Assembly: GCA_035528415.1 (NCBI GenBank)
Contig: DATKYQ010000022.1
Span: 132,042-196,041, forward strand
Source: Myxococcota bacterium
GTDB lineage: Bacteria; Myxococcota; B64-G9
Length of the DNA stretch: 64,000 nt
Direction of reading: 5' to 3'
The notes below the pieces were generated by a model, which ran no database searches, had not been told where the DNA came from, and saw nothing but the letters and a program-made list of their open reading frames with translations. Position numbers and translations under genes: made by a program. Below, in pieces: positions 63,286 to 64,000 of this stretch (its first letter is position 1; the number at the start of each line of letters is the position of its first letter).

Positions 63286-64000
63286 ATGCGAGTCTGTTCT
63301 ATACGGCTATTGGTCCTGTTGCTAATGGGGTTATTGACAACGGGTTGCTCCGACGACTTAGCCAACGGCTCTAGCGACGGCGATTCTGACGGAAGTGCCA
63401 ACAACGACGCGGGAGATTCCATCCAGCGTACCGACGGGGGCTCTTTTTCCGACGAGTTCGAAGAATGCACGGGTCTGTTTGAGACCGCCCGCAACACGCG
63501 GGGACCCGCCGACCTGATCATAGCCATAGACAACACGCCCAGTATGTACAACGAGATCGAGGAGGTGCGGGCCAACATGAACCGGCTTTCACAGATGGTC
63601 GCAGAGGAGGGCCTGGACCTGCACATCGTGCTCATCTCCTGCTATACCTTGGACTGCCTGCGCCAGGACAACTGGCACACCATCTGCATCGACCCGCCGG
63701 TAGGCGCAGCCGACGCCTGCCGGGAAAGCGGGGACCACCTGGATGACTCCCACCCGCCTGAGTACCTGCACGTCGACTCCAGCGTGGAGAGCACCAAGGG
63801 CCTCGAGAGCATCATTGATACCCACGGCGACTGGGGCCACATGATCCGCGACAACGCGGCCAAGCACGTAGTGATCGTCTCCGACGACAACGACGACTGG
63901 AGCGCCGAGCAGTTCAACACGGCGTTCTTGGCCCTAGACAACCGGTTCGAAGGCTACCAGTTCCACGGCATCTTCGCCTACCAGAACAAGGATGATGCCT
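63286..64000 (+). CDS. vWA-like domain lipoprotein (3' partial, runs off window end); related to the C-terminal domains of the giant paralogs
   Basis: Hand translation from ATG 63286 (GGAGG 7 nt upstream) gives MRVCSIRLLVLLLMGLLTTGCSDD... (lipobox). It continues GPADLIIAIDNTPSMYNEIEEVRANM...HVVIVSDDNDDW, a MIDAS-like DxTxS start and second acidic motif. It is absent from the ORF track because there is no stop in the window. The antisense ORFs 63258..63941(-) are rejected. Confidence 0.55.
   Translation, partial: MRVCSIRLLVLLLMGLLTTGCSDDLANGSSDGDSDGSANNDAGDSIQRTDGGSFSDEFEECTGLFETARNTRGPADLIIAIDNTPSMYNEIEEVRANMNRLSQMVAEEGLDLHIVLISCYTLDCLRQDNWHTICIDPPVGAADACRESGDHLDDSHPPEYLHVDSSVESTKGLESIIDTHGDWGHMIRDNAAKHVVIVSDDNDDWSAEQFNTAFLALDNRFEGYQFHGIFAYQNKDDA

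Noticed and set aside
63258-63941. Three overlapping minus-strand ORFs at the window end
   Set aside because: The plus strand in this interval encodes a coherent vWA-type lipoprotein with RBS and lipobox. The minus ORFs are antisense artefacts.

Overview
This is a high-GC window from core chromosome of a Myxococcota-like deltaproteobacterium (GC not computed; by eye mid-60s %). MglA here matches the Myxococcus xanthus MglA sequence as I recall it over long stretches.

No tRNA, rRNA, CRISPR array or intact mobile element was found. There is one short IS91-type transposase remnant. Many long ORFs in the supplied track are antisense GC artefacts opposite real genes.

Content from left to right:
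- Two AlkP-superfamily phosphodiesterase paralogs flank a flippase-like membrane protein. One paralog runs off the left edge and was recovered by hand.
- mtnA, then rplU-rpmA-obg with an intrinsic-terminator hairpin between rpmA and obg.
- A minus-strand run of about 19 co-directional genes from 31921 down to 7987.
  - Its right-hand 15 kb (31921-16807) holds mglB-mglA and an Agl/Glt-type motility core: three TPR proteins (GltC/D/E-like), one TolQ plus two TolR homologs (AglRQS stoichiometry) and a TonB-C-terminal-like GltG/AgmX-like protein. Uncharacterised accessory genes sit with it: a cNMP-binding protein, a coiled-coil protein, a PPASA-repeat protein and an 83-aa membrane protein.
  - The left-hand part holds a 1289-aa FG-GAP propeller/tandem-repeat protein and a polysaccharide module: a short helix-less Wza-type OPX, a beta-barrel partner, a DegT aminotransferase and an SIS isomerase.
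- A four-subunit pyruvate:ferredoxin oxidoreductase (porGDAB) fused in operon with NuoE/NuoF/truncated-NuoG-like diaphorase subunits.
- A lipid-related cluster: PssA, a DedA protein with a sensor-less histidine kinase, a G1P-dehydrogenase-like Fe-ADH protein and a 61-aa histone-fold (DUF1931-like) protein.
- Many exported, often Cys-rich lipoproteins, a FadL-family porin, a lipoprotein-type Memo-AMMECR1 fusion and a MORN-repeat protein.
- Two tandem ~1100-aa CECD-motif lipoprotein paralogs with C-terminal vWA domains, plus a third vWA lipoprotein at the right edge, interleaved with M23 and S41 peptidases.

Features are listed in left-to-right order, then the findings, then what I noticed and rejected.
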